Below are positions 1 through 11,866 of a stretch of 64,000 bases of DNA, one piece after another. Numbering within the stretch: position 1 is the first letter of the stretch; every line of letters starts with the position of its first letter. The notes under the pieces are model-generated. The model worked only from the letters and a program-made list of their open reading frames with translations, ran no database searches and had not been told where the DNA came from. This DNA is from Coniocarpon cinnabarinum (lineage: Eukaryota): the NCBI GenBank assembly GCA_051942205.1, contig JAVECO010000136.1, positions 1-64,000 of the forward strand. The letters run 5' to 3'. The position numbers were made by a program, and so were the translations under genes.

Positions 1-89
1 CCCTAACCCTAACCCTAACCCTAACCCTAACCCTAACCCTAACCCTAACCCTAACCCTAACCTAACCCTAACCCTAACCCTAACCCTAA
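1..89 (+). repeat. Telomeric repeat array (CCCTAA)n
   Basis: 14 CCCTAA units plus one CCTAA variant (61-65) at the very start of the window; canonical TTAGGG-type fungal telomere. Confidence 0.98.
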
Positions 90-838
90 GTAGGCCTTTA
101 ATAAGTAATCTAAAGTCTTAGTAACTAAAGGTAAAGAGTATTAATTTTTAATTATAACCTTATTAAGACTTTAATAATTAATATAAAAGTAAAGATCTCT
201 ATTTCTCTTTTAGATAAAGAGAATAAAAGTAGTAATAAGTAAATAAAAAATATAGATAAAATTTTTACTAAGCTCTTTCTTTAGGTACCTATAAAGAGTC
301 TTAAGCTACTTATAGTTTATAGAGTAGATCTTATAATTTAGAGGCTCTTTATTAGGCTATAACTAGATAGTATAGTCTTTAATATAGTATAGTAGTAATT
401 CTTTAGCTTTTTATTAGTTAAAAATATCTAAGAAGTTTTAGTACTTTTTAGGTAGAAAGTCTTATAGGTTTATATCTTTAGAGATCTATATAGATATTTT
501 TTTTATATATATAAATTAAATATTCTAGTATATTAACTTTTAATTAAGAAGCTAGTTAAGATCTTAAAAGCTAAGAGTAAAGAATTAAGTATCTTTATAG
601 TATACTTCTTAGATAAAAGTAGTAGTATATAGACTAATAACTAAAGGCTTAGGTAGCTATAGTAAAGACTAAGGTACTAGAAACTTAGTTGTTTAGATAG
701 AGCTAGTCTAGAGTTATTTAGGTAGCAGCTTAGTAGCTAGTAACTAGTACTTTTAGTTCTAATAGTAAGCTACTATAGTCTTAAATTTATAGTACTACTA
801 CTTAATATAAAGAAGTCTAAAGATAATTTCTTTATATC

Positions 839-992
839 TATAAGGATTGCGACCTAGAAGCTCTTATTGCTACCTAAGGACGGCCTAACTATAAAGGACG
901 TTGCATAGAGAAGAAGGAAGCTTCTCTACAACGAGTCTATCTTAAATAATTGTGTGCCAAGCCCTTAGGGTTGCATACCCTATTGCATTACG
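839..992 (-). repeat. LTR copy 1 (3' LTR, lightly mutated)
   Basis: Aligns without gaps to 2681-2834; ends restore to TGTAA...TTACA. Confidence 0.88.
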
Positions 993-2680
993 TGATCCCC
1001 TACATCCAGATCTAAATTCTTATAATATCTAAAATTAGTAATAAGCTAATACTTTTCTATTTAGAGTAAGCCTAAAACTAGAGGCTATTTTAAAATTAGA
1101 ATAATAAAGGCTACTAAAAGCTTCTAATAATATAAAATTAATAGTTAAAAGACTATAGTATAGGTAAGTTAGACTAAGAGAGCTCTATTAAAGTTATAAA
1201 TAGTAACTAGATAAAAAAGCTTATAAAATAAAATATTTTAAAAAGATTATACAAGAGAAATATTAATAAAAGTAAATCTTAAGGCTTCTATATTAAGCAA
1301 GGTATTAATTAGTCTACTTATAGCTATAGTAAAGATAAATATATACTTATTTTTTTAAAAATTAATTTAAAGTTTAGAATTAATAAATTTAACTAGTTAG
1401 ATAAATTTCTTATATATAGGCTTTTACTTATAACTTTTAGTAAGAGCTACTTTTTTAACTAATCTTTATATATTAGAGGGGCCTAATTAGTAGTAGAGAA
1501 TTAAATATTTATACCTAAAGAATAGTTAATTATAATATAACCTAGTTAATTATAATAAAGATAATAGCCTAGTACTTAATATATATTTTAAGTAGCTTAA
1601 ATAAGTTAACTATCTTAGCTCTTTTATTAGGATTACTTATTAAAGTCTATTTAATTATCTTTTTAAAAGATAGTCTTTTTAGTACTTAGTTAAGAGGCTA
1701 AAAACTATAGTTTTAATAGAAAAATAGAAGTAGTATAAACTAAGGTCTAGGTAAAGATAAACTAAAAATAAATAGAAGCCTAAATAGAGCTTAATTATTA
1801 ATAAGATAGTTAAGCCTAAGTTATAACTTAATAAGCTTAGATTTATATATCTTATTTTTTATAGATATAATAGAACTTCTAATAATTAATAAGTAAAGCT
1901 TAGATAATAAATAAATCTTATAGCTTACTTAAAACGTTATCTTAAAGAAAAGGTATAATATACTATAGCTAATTAGTATATAATAAATTTTATAGGGTAT
2001 CTTTAAACTTAGCTAAAAATTTATAAAATAGATAGTTTTTTTACTTTAAGCTTAAAAGCTTTTAATTAGCTTATTTATAAGTATTAGGGTCTTAGAAATA
2101 AGTATATAGATAGATAATAAATTACTTAAAGGTCTAGATATTAGATTACTACTAAGAATTATTTAGGCTATAGAACTAGATCTAGACTTATTATACTATT
2201 TAGTCTAAAAGCCTTAAATAGGTATATTAAACCTTAAATATCTTAATTAAAAAAAGCTTAAGATTACCTTAAATTTTATTTAAGAGCTTTAATATAAAAA
2301 GCTTAAGCTTTTAAGGTTTATCTTAGTATAGTTCTAGATCTAGAATCTTAGAAGTCTTTAGAGTTATTTCTTAAGGTTTCTAAAGGTTCTAGAGAGCTTA
2401 AACTAGGTCTTAGATACCTAATAATAGCTATTAAACTAGAACTTAGGCTAAAGGTTACTAAAATTACTAGAGTATTTAAAAAACTTAGCTTAAGTTTATT
2501 ATAACTATATACTAGAAGTTCTAGGGGTTATTTAACTAAGTAGCAGTCTACTAGCTACTAGAAGGTATTTCTTAATAAGAAGCTATCTTATTAGATACTC
2601 TAAGAACTAGGGACTAGACTAGACTAGAGATTAAGTATTTTATACTTACTTAGAGTAGTAGAAGAGTAAATATAATGTAA

Positions 2681-2834
2681 TATAAGGATTATAACCTAGA
2701 AGCTCTTATTATTATCTAAGGATAGCCTAACTATAAAGAACGTTATATAGAGAAGAAGAAAGCTTCTCTATAATAAGTCTATCTTAAATAATTATATACT
2801 AAGCTCTTAGAGTTGTATACCCTATTATATTATA
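2681..2834 (-). repeat. LTR copy 2 (5' LTR, heavily RIP-mutated)
   Basis: About 26 differences from copy 1 by manual count, all C>T or G>A in this copy. Confidence 0.88.
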
Positions 2835-3014
2835 TTATTATGCTATACCTTATTAGTAGCATATAGGTTACGTACACCTACGTAAAACTACGCTAGTATA
2901 TTATAACCCTAATATATTAAAACGCGTTTATCTATAGGGCTATATATATAAAGATTATATAAGCCTCTATTAACTTTATTACTTTTATATAATAGGAGCA
3001 ATAGAAAAGATAGA

Positions 3015-3625
3015 GGTAAAGTATATTTATTTATACCTTAGTCTATATAGTCTAATAGTAAGCCTACCCTTCTTTTAAGCTTAATATTATTTAAATTTAG
3101 AATTAACCTAACTTATAAGTTATAAACTACTAAACTAATTATTTACTAGTTTATAGTATACCTTACTTTCTTAGATAGCACTACTACTATTAAATAAAGT
3201 AACCTTTACTATAGTAGTACGCTAGTTACTTTCCTCTATAGCTTTTACTACCTTTATCTCTTTATATTATTCTCTATTATATTCTTCTATAGCAAAGGTT
3301 CTTATTCTTAGGACAGCCCTACACCTTCTTAGTTACCTAAGAGTAGGGTCCTCTATAGAGGCGTTATAGTTATAGAAAATAGTACTAATAAGTATAGTAA
3401 ATAAAAGAATAATTAATATATATATTATATAGCTCTAAGTAGAGAATATTTAGTAGGTAGTATATTTACTTAAGAAAATACTAGTATATTATAACTATTA
3501 AGTAATTAAGTTATAAGTCTTAACTATAAGTTAGATTAAATCTAAATTAAAATAATATTAAACCTAAAGAAGGTAGGTTTACTATCTAACTATATAGACT
3601 ATAGTATAAATAAATATATTCTACT
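3015..3625. repeat. Diverged long inverted repeat (arms ~3015-3195 and ~3447-3625), MITE/foldback-like
   Basis: The reverse complement of 3015-3122 matches 3521-3625 with transitions and a few small indels; weaker similarity extends ~70 bp further inward. Confidence 0.75.
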
Positions 3626-3699
3626 AAAAAGTAGTATTTAGAGTATCTAAAGCGTCTAGAGCCTCTAAAGCCTCTAGATTCTTTAGAGAATCTATATAC

Positions 3700-5200
3700 T
3701 TCTAAAAAATAAATATATATAAATATATTTAGAAGCTATAGCCTTTACGCTATTATATAAGTATACGTACTATATTCTAGTATTCTATAAGATATAGTAT
3801 AACAAATATATATCTTTTTCTAATAATAAATGAATATTATATATTTTTTTTAGATAAGTATACTAAGCATTAATATAACTACTAGATTAAATCTAATAAC
3901 TAGCCTTTACTTAAGAATATTAAAAGTAGAAAGATATTTTAAATCTATATAAATTAATAAAAATAGACTATATCTATTTATAATTAGTTAATAACTTAGA
4001 CTTCTAAAAATAGCCTATAGCTACTTACTAAAAAAAATAAAATTAGAAAGAAATAGTAGAAAGAAATATAATTTTAAAGATTCTTATTAAGCTAGAATAA
4101 CTTAACTTAAAAAAAAAGAATTATGTTATATTCTAGCCTTATACTAGCTTTTTAAAAAGCTAAAAATAGGCTAGACTATAACATATAATTAGAATATTAG
4201 AACTAATAGTATACCTACTATATAGAATACCTAACTAAATAGCTATATATTTATAGTAGCTATTTTACTTACTAATAGCTATCTTACCTACTAGTAACTA
4301 TTTATTTTAGAAGTAGCTACTAGTAGTATATCTATATATATCTTAGTCTATATAGTTAGACTAATAACCCTCTCTTATAAATAGTTTTTAGTTTATTAAC
4401 TTAAAATAAGTTTAAAATCTACTTTATTTTTTTAATACTTAAATTATATTTCTTATTTCTTATCTATTAAGCTTCTTATTAAAGCCTATCTAGTATAGTT
4501 ACTTACTAGCTTTTTTTCTATTAGATAAGAATAGAAGAATATAGCCTAAGTCTTTATTTAGCTAGATATAATAATATATTTTTAAATTATATTATTAAAT
4601 TATATTTTTATAGCTTTTTTTAAATAAAAATTAATATATATTGTAACTTATTTTTTTATATTTACTACAACTTATTTAAAATATCTTAATAAGTTTTTTT
4701 TTACTATATTTTAAAAGAATAAATTATTTAAAATATATTAGATACTTATTAAATAAAAAAGTATTATAGAACTAAGAAAAGTAGATATAGTTCTAAAAAC
4801 TAGTACTAGAATATATAATATATATAAGTAGTATTTAATCTATTTACTAAAAAAATATTTCTTTCATATAAACTACTAAAAAAACTCTTCTTTAAACCTA
4901 AAAAAAAACTAAGAGAAGAAACTAAAAAAAAGAACTAAAAAAAATATTCTCTATACCTAGTATAGAAATATTATATTTATTTAGACTACTACTATAAAAA
5001 GCTTAATATACTAATAATAATAATTAAAATAAATATTATATTTTTACTATTATATAGTTATCTCTCTATTATTTAGTACTAGTTAATATAAATTATATAT
5101 TAATCTAATACCTTCTATATCTTCTATACTTCTTCTAAAATAGTACATCCTCTACTAAACCCTAAAACTAACTTTATCCTTATTTTACTATGTTTACGCG
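3700..5200 (+). mobile_element. Probable pogo/Fot1-type DDE transposase remnant (RIP-degraded)
   Basis: De-RIP reading gives GWT (4169) and LLxDGHxxH (4265-4291) in the same frame 35 codons apart, as in DDE_1 transposases; A-rich tail at ~4890-4945 could encode a charged C-terminus. Boundaries uncertain. Confidence 0.4.
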
Positions 5201-5232
5201 ACAATGCTCTTATTCTACTATACTACTACGGA

Positions 5233-6247
5233 CTACTCTGGAGGCTTAGGCGGCTCACCATCTACGCCATGCTCAAAATGGTGAATAACTTTCCAAACCC
5301 AGAGCTTGTGTCTGTCCGACTGTGCCTGATCCATACACTCAGCATCGTTATTTCCTTGAACTCCATGCCGAGTCTGGATCCAGCGCTTGGCTGTTTCAAT
5401 GTGGCCCCTCTGCAGATGCGCGTGCTCAGGATGGGTTTCGGCGGCGTCGAAGACATCATTCCACAAATTGTTCACAGTTGGGAGAAAGAGACTTTCGTGA
5501 TGTGTCTCGTTGCGACGTCTGCTCTGGTGCTTTTCAAATGATGTACGCGCAGATCCATTCGCTGCTTCCTGCTTCGCGCGGTCGGCTTGACGTGCTCCGT
5601 ACTGATCGAAGGCCCAATCTGCCAACACTATGGTTACGGCAGCCTGAATGAATGTTAGCACAAATTCTCGATCGGCGGCAACACGAACTCCGTGCGCTTC
5701 ACGGATCACGTACTCTTAATATGTTTGCGTCATACCGATGATGCTCATCAACTTGTCTGTAGCTGCGCGTCCGACTCGTTCGATCTAAAGCGAATTCAAA
5801 GCGTATCAGATTAATCCAAGACGTCGTAGCACTAAGCCTGAGAGGAGGCTTCGGCCTGCGTTCACGTTTGTCCTGAAAGTTCAAATACCCTTTGGTATAT
5901 TTTCCCTCAGGCCCTCCTACAACTCGACTTTTGTCCCCAATAAGCGTCAAGTAGGCCGGCTGCTGACCCTCCAGTTGTATATTCCTGTCGGCGGCGCCAT
6001 TCGCCGGCTCGAGTTTGAAAAGGTTTCCCACACGACGCAACACGAAGCTATTGATCTTGCGGTATCCTCTTTTGTATTGGAACTTGAGACCGTTTCCTTC
6101 TCTGCTCATCTCACATGAGAGATCTGAGTCAGGAAGATCTGATTGGGGAGGCCTGTATGGGGTGATGGAGACGCCCTGTCCAAAGCTATTTGCTGTCCAT
6201 GCATTCTCCCCGACATCGACTCGCAGAAGCTCGTTGGGTTGGGTCAT
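5233..6247 (-). CDS. Orphan hypothetical protein (~314 aa), at least 2 exons
   Basis: ATG at 6247; a GTACGT...GCTAAC...CAG intron (5713-5644) joins ORFs 5699-6247 and 5233-5709 in frame. No recognisable domain; a second intron is possible. Confidence 0.6.
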
Positions 6248-7299
6248 AGTTACAGTGGATGCAGCGTTCTTAAGAGTCTGGAGAAATGAGAATAAGTAGA
6301 GAGACCAAAACGAGTTCTGACTGGAATCACAGTATTTGCAAGTCTTTGCAAGTCTCTTGGGCTTCTCGCAGAGCTTTCGATCACTTCAGGCCTCACCGGC
6401 AAGCGAGTTGTCTCTTTCCAAAGACAGATGTCGACTCCTGCTACAGCGAGCGGGACAGCCTCCCCTGCCGAGTCGGATGAAGGCGGCTTTCATGATAGCC
6501 TGAGGCCACGAAGCCCCGATCCTCACAAATCCTTCGTTCCAAAACAAGGCGCCCTCCCGAGCAGTCATTGACTCTGCTTGATTGCATCTCGTGAGGAGAA
6601 TGCTTGAAAGGTCATTCGCCAGTTCATCGGAGCACGATCGCTGATCAGAGCATGGAAATGGCTGCATTGGCCACAAAGAGCCATGCAACTAGCTTGTACT
6701 AACGACGACGAAAGTATTAGGTCTGGCAGCACGAATGGCGGTGCCACCAATTCCCAAGAGCTACCCTCCTAATCATGCACGTGATGAACCTAGTAATGTG
6801 CAAGTCTTCCACCTCCACTCGCAACTTGAAACTGGTCGAAACGGACTCACGCAAACAAATCCGCTGTCTGGCGCTTGCCTGGGTGATTCTGTTAAAACGC
6901 CGTCATGCTTTGACGATAACCTTATCCCCGAGCTCCTAATAACGTCCGCAGACATCGCCACTACCACTACAGTTCACAGACCAAACACCTCCATCTGCTT
7001 CCCCGATTGCTCTTGCTCTGCACCTGTCGAGCACGTCTGCGGGCACTACGGGCTTCGTAAGACTGGCGTGGTATTCGACAGCAAGCAGACCAACCTCAGA
7101 GATCAAGTGAAGCCTGTCCAATACCATGCCAAATCCTGAAAAAACAGGATAAGGCTGCAGCGGTGGCGACTGTTTAGGTAGCACCTCAAAAATACACCGA
7201 TTTCATCGCGCAAATGATCACGTGTGTATGCCGTTCTCACTTACTATACAACCAAGATAGCAGGCTACATGTCGCAATGACTGCGGTTGGAGTCTATTT

Positions 7300-8802
7300 T
7301 CATTCTGTACTTAGGACAGTCGCTGGCGGTACTTTCCCTTTCTGCTCTAACAATTCCGGTAACGACTTTACGTGAAGTCCTTGCACGATGCCAACCATCC
7401 CCGCAGCTTTCAAGTCTCGCTCCAAGACTGTGGCTTTAGGGAATCTAGCCTTCTCATCCGGAGTAGCGATATAGCATTTGCTCAAATAACGTAGAAATGC
7501 CGTAATTCCGGGAACTTTCATGTACTCGGAGTCCTTGGTGACACTGAATAGCTTTCGAATGGCACCGGGGGTGTACGACACTTGCACCGCAGGATCCCCC
7601 ACCTCCCCGAATTTGATAAGGCCGATCGTGAGTTGTTCGCGTTCTACCTCGGAAATCCTTTCCTCGAATGCCTCTGCCATTCGACAAGCTCTTGTATCGC
7701 TGTCGGCTCTGGCGAGGACATCAAGCCGGAGTAAAGCCCTGTCCCGTGCTGTGTCCACCTTCAAGGAGCGTCGATAGCCTTTGCTATGCAGAAACTCAAG
7801 CTTGCGAGTTAGAACAATATTGTAGCAAGTGGCAAGATGCTTTCCCTCTGCTACTGCATCTGCTACCAATCGAACAGTCCTGTAGCTTTCGAAGACGGGC
7901 TGCGACATCTCCTTGGTTCCTTCCCAGTTAGAATGTCCAGACGCTCCACAGACGTCAAGTATGCATTCCAGATAACGGAGCTTGTAAGCACGAGATGTCG
8001 GCTTGATGTCCTTCAGTGGCCGTAGAGACGCAGGCGGGCACTCGGCCTGGGCGAGCTGGGCAAGGTTGAGCACAGCCCCAAGTTTGATGCCAGCCCTGTT
8101 GTTCAATGAGGTAAGCGCAGAGCACTCGACGATAAACGTGAGGGAACCAGAAACTTACATGATGTCCTTCTAACGCGATTCATTTAATCGCTCCAATGCC
8201 TCGATGTGCTTGTACTGAGCAGCGTAATAGAGTATCATGTCATGGGTAGGGACTTCGTTCTCTCTCTTTGGATAGAGATCAGCAATGTCCTTCACCTTAC
8301 CCAGATCATTGATAAGGACAACCACGATCAACGCGTAAATGTCTTCATCGGCGCAAAGATACTCTTTGAAGAGAGCCCGAAGCCACGCGAAAGAATTATG
8401 GTCCAACCGCCACTCCTCATTTTGGCACCAGGTAAACTTGTCGTAATCGTCAGTCCAAATCCATCGCAGAGCAAGAAGGCCGACTAATGTTCGATTCACT
8501 TCATGATATTGTCTTTCACGATGTGAGCTGATCCCATGCAAGAAACCTGCCGGTGATACTGACACTCTGGGCTTTGGGTCTGCGATAGGGTCTATTGCAT
8601 CGGCGCGTTTAAGCAAGTCCATCTCCTTAGGAAACTCCTTCTCAATCACTTTGAGGAAAAAGTCATCGTATGACCTTTCGTCATCCGATTGGTGCCAAAG
8701 GTCTCCATTCTTGATCGCCGTGCGTAAATCAGGGACCTCATCGTCTCTCCATTGGTATTGTCGGTAGCGTTTGAAAGGATTGAGCGGGCTGAAGTTCACC
8801 AT
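7300..8802 (-). pseudogene. Fungal hypothetical protein with HD-like motifs (NDLGK...HD), interrupted by one in-frame TAG
   Basis: ORFs 8170-8802 and 7300-8106 join in frame through a GTAAGT...CAG intron (8158-8096), but TAG at 8170-8172 lies 11 nt before the donor. Motifs EVNRTL, INDLGK, HDMIL, QLAQAE, ILDVCGASGH. Confidence 0.7.
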
Positions 8803-11173
8803 CCTCGGGCCAATACAACCGGACAGACGAGATACGAGGCAGGAGTATAGCTAATGATCGATGCAATGTTAGCTCACAGAGGGACGACGAACTTAGTGAG
8901 CCACTTTCTAGGCTACGCGATGTAATAAGTGCTTCATTGGCTTTTATTTTGGCGCACATATTGTATCTGACAGGTGGCGTCAAATCCCCAAATACTCAAG
9001 AATTTGCGGGCTTACCACTTGTGACGTGCAGCTCTCGTGTTGAGAAGGATGAATCAGTGGTAACGTGTCCGGCCCGTGACTTGACTATGTGGGCTTGCAA
9101 CGCTTGGATGAGGGCCATTGACGGCAAGGGCCAAGTAGAAAAGCACTTGCCGCATGTTAATTCAGCAACTTGGAGGCAGAGGGGGGCTCTCGCCATCGTG
9201 TCCATAGCTTTTCGAACTAAATCTTTGTCATCGCACAGGCTCGCCATCTGGACCGATATCCGGCGACGACTTTCGCCTGTAACCCTTGCGGCATCCTGGG
9301 GGACGTGCAGAGCTTGTCGTTCAGCAAGGGACATGTCAACACCAGCACAGGTGTTTATTAAGTCCTCATCATCATCAGCGTTTCGCAATGGCAGGCAACT
9401 CGAAAGGACATGCTTGTGGCGCTCCGAGATTGCGTGTGGGATTTTGGCGGAATTCAGTTGCGTGGCCGACTATCGTGTCATGTTGATGCATCAAACATTC
9501 TAATTATGGACACCCGTATTTGCTCTCAGTCTCTGCTGACACTCCAAACGACATCTGAGTCTCAGTCCCGTGTCAGTTTTCTAAACAGTGGGTCACGAGG
9601 CGGAAACGGCGCGATGCTGCTTTTGAAACAGCACGCCGGTCGACATCTGCAAAAGGAAAAAGGGTGTTACAAAGGCAGGAGGTGCTTTTGCTTTTGAACG
9701 AACACGGGGGCATGCTATTATCGCGCAGAGCAACAGCGTGCTGTTCGGTTGCGTCGTCCTCAATTCATGCTGCCACAGGCCCCTTCGTATCGCGGTCCAT
9801 CAACAGTCAGCAGGGCAGGTGATTCTGCCCGAAATGATGGTGCCATGACCAGCGTTACGGACAGGACGTTGACACAATTCAGTCGTTGCCGGGTCTCAAT
9901 CCAGGCGACGAGCGCTGCAATGACACCACCCAGGTCAGAAAGCTGCGAACGCCCCTCAGATTTCTTCAGAGGGCGTATCACAGTGCAGCAAGCACCTTGC
10001 TATGAGGCTGTGGAAGCAGTAGAAAAGGGTCACGTGTCAACTAGCTACCTACGTCACCTCGTGCACGTGATGTGATGTGTCTTGGCGAAGCTCGTGCTGC
10101 AGGTCATTAATTCTCACCCAGACACACCAATAAGTCTGATTTTGAAACAGAATCGTCTTCCATCAGGTGCCTTCCATCAGGTGCAATCCATGCTCGTCAT
10201 TCGCGATGCTCCCCGGATCTTGAAGACGCGATCACTCTTCCATCACTAACACTCACCAAAAGCGCCAGAAACCCTCTTTGACCTCTTGCTGGTGTCTGCT
10301 TCAAAGAGATCTAGAAGGATATTAGCAGTAGGATTCTGCGTTCTCACAATCGCTTGTCGCCCTTGCTGTTTCCCGCTGGCTAGCCACTCAAGAAGGTTGA
10401 AGAGATTGACGCTGAAGAGATGACACCTTGCACACCGGACACTTTGAAGGCCGTCCTAGAAAATATTTTCACGTCGCAATGGCTGGCGCCCACGCAGGAA
10501 CTATAACTAGAGAGGACTCGTTTCGTCGCCCACAGACACTACGCAGACTGTCTTCAGCACTTTCAAAACGCTATATGGCTCACTCGCCCCCCATATCTCT
10601 TTGCCAGACAGTAAAAGAAGGCGCAGAAGTTCGGAACCCTACCGTTTTTTACAATGGCTAAATACCATTGTCGGCCTTTTCGATCAAGTCTATCGCAGTT
10701 CATGCAGAATGAATGTAAAGGTGCCAGGCCCCTGCAATTCTTCAAGCAGGAGGATGTCTACTCTGGCGCACATTGTGACTGTTGCCTGCCTAGAATGAAT
10801 CCAGTCCAGCAGCTTAGGTAAACCCCTTGAATGAAGCGTTGATTGTGAGGTCCATAGGACATCTGTGCTGCAAGCGACTGAGCAATCGCGTTAATATACA
10901 TAAGCCGAGGTGTTGTCGAGAGACAAGTGCCTGATACGTGGAACTGTGAAGATAATGACAAGCAACATGCAGTACCTCCCCGTCTGCGAGCCCAGTAGAA
11001 GGGCACGGTACACAAGCTCAAGAGACGCTGCAAGATCGGGAGAGGCGCTGCAAAGATCAAGATATGAGATGTGTTATGATTTAAGCCATCAACGCGGCTA
11101 TTCGTACGTAGCTCAAGAGGAATCAGGCAGTCTACTTGGTGCTCGTCAAGGGCTACCAACGCTGCACAATTAC

Positions 11174-11866
11174 CTAGTCTTTTTTTCTCCTTTCGACCCA
11201 TTTCCCCTTCCTCTTCACGTAGACCTTGTTACCTTTTTGGTACTGCTTCTCTTCCCTTTCTTCAGAGCTCTCAGGTTCTGGCGGAGGTTTATGTGAAGCT
11301 CCGCCTGCAGCACCTGACTGTGGTAGAGGCTCGTGTCCAGTGAAGTACCGAAAGGCATTTTGCTCGTCATGCCCGTCACTGTGATGCGCAGCATGCAGCT
11401 CATGCACAGGTACGTGTGCCACAGGTAGGTGTGCCATCGAGTGCAATCCGCCTTGTAGTCTCATGCCAATGGTCTTGCTCTTCACCTCGATCAGAGGGTC
11501 TGGTTCATGATCGTGGGGGAGTATCAGCGTCGGCACCCACGCCTTGTAACCCGCGCGGTGGTTGTAGGAGTCAAACCAGTTTTTGAAGACGCCCATGTCT
11601 ATTGAACGGGCGCCAAGGATCTCGAAAAGATGTTCGCGGCGGTGCGAGAGCTGCATGTTGCCACCGCTTTGATATTGCGGGCGTAGGTTATCGTCGATTT
11701 TTGCAAGCACGTCCTTACACAGTACTTCAAGGTCTCCGACATCGCCTCCGAAGGCGTCCTTAACTGACTTACTGAAGTCGGGTTCGCTTAGCCACATTCC
11801 GCTCAGGTATGTGCACCTATGGCCTTTGATAGGACAACAGAACTTTGTCGATATTTCTGTCTTCAA
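11174..11866 (-). CDS. Orphan hypothetical protein; 5' end unresolved
   Basis: 230-codon ORF with protein-like composition, His-rich segment and basic C-terminus; the track start is not ATG, so the real start or upstream exons are uncertain. Confidence 0.5.
   Translation of the reverse strand: MKTEISTKFCCPIKGHRCTYLSGMWLSEPDFSKSVKDAFGGDVGDLEVLCKDVLAKIDDNLRPQYQSGGNMQLSHRREHLFEILGARSIDMGVFKNWFDSYNHRAGYKAWVPTLILPHDHEPDPLIEVKSKTIGMRLQGGLHSMAHLPVAHVPVHELHAAHHSDGHDEQNAFRYFTGHEPLPQSGAAGGASHKPPPEPESSEEREEKQYQKGNKVYVKRKGKWVERRKKD

Larger units (their letters stand above)
839..2834 (-). mobile_element. RIP-degraded ~2.0 kb LTR element encoding only Gag and aspartic protease (non-autonomous)
   Basis: 154-bp direct repeats at 839-992 and 2681-2834. 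Reversing C>T/G>A changes on the minus strand gives a CX2CX4HX4C knuckle (1522-1563), LDTGASGFAFID (1262-1297) and LVLGLPW (~1050-1085). A purine-rich GGATGTAGGGGA lies next to the left LTR. Confidence 0.8.
90..5230. repeat. Subtelomeric AT-rich block of RIP-degraded repeats
   Basis: Extremely AT-rich, strong TpA excess with CpA/TpG nearly absent, no ORF in the track, abrupt return to balanced GC near 5200. Confidence 0.95.

Noticed and set aside
5153..5169. CTACTAAACCCTAAAA resembling 56146-56161, as matching ends of one giant inserted element
   Set aside because: Short low-complexity match in RIP DNA; no tyrosine-recombinase captain or transposase at the island edge, and the island carries core genes, so a Starship-like element is not supported.
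6286..7184. Several short ORFs between the first two genes
   Set aside because: No motif, codon bias or splice support.
8937..10100. ORFs of 100-190 codons on both strands
   Set aside because: Mostly non-ATG starts and non-protein-like composition; treated as upstream non-coding DNA of the 7300-8802 gene.
10157..10184. 14-bp tandem duplication CTTCCATCAGGTGC x2
   Set aside because: Real, but only two copies; consistent with a slippage event and no function can be supported.
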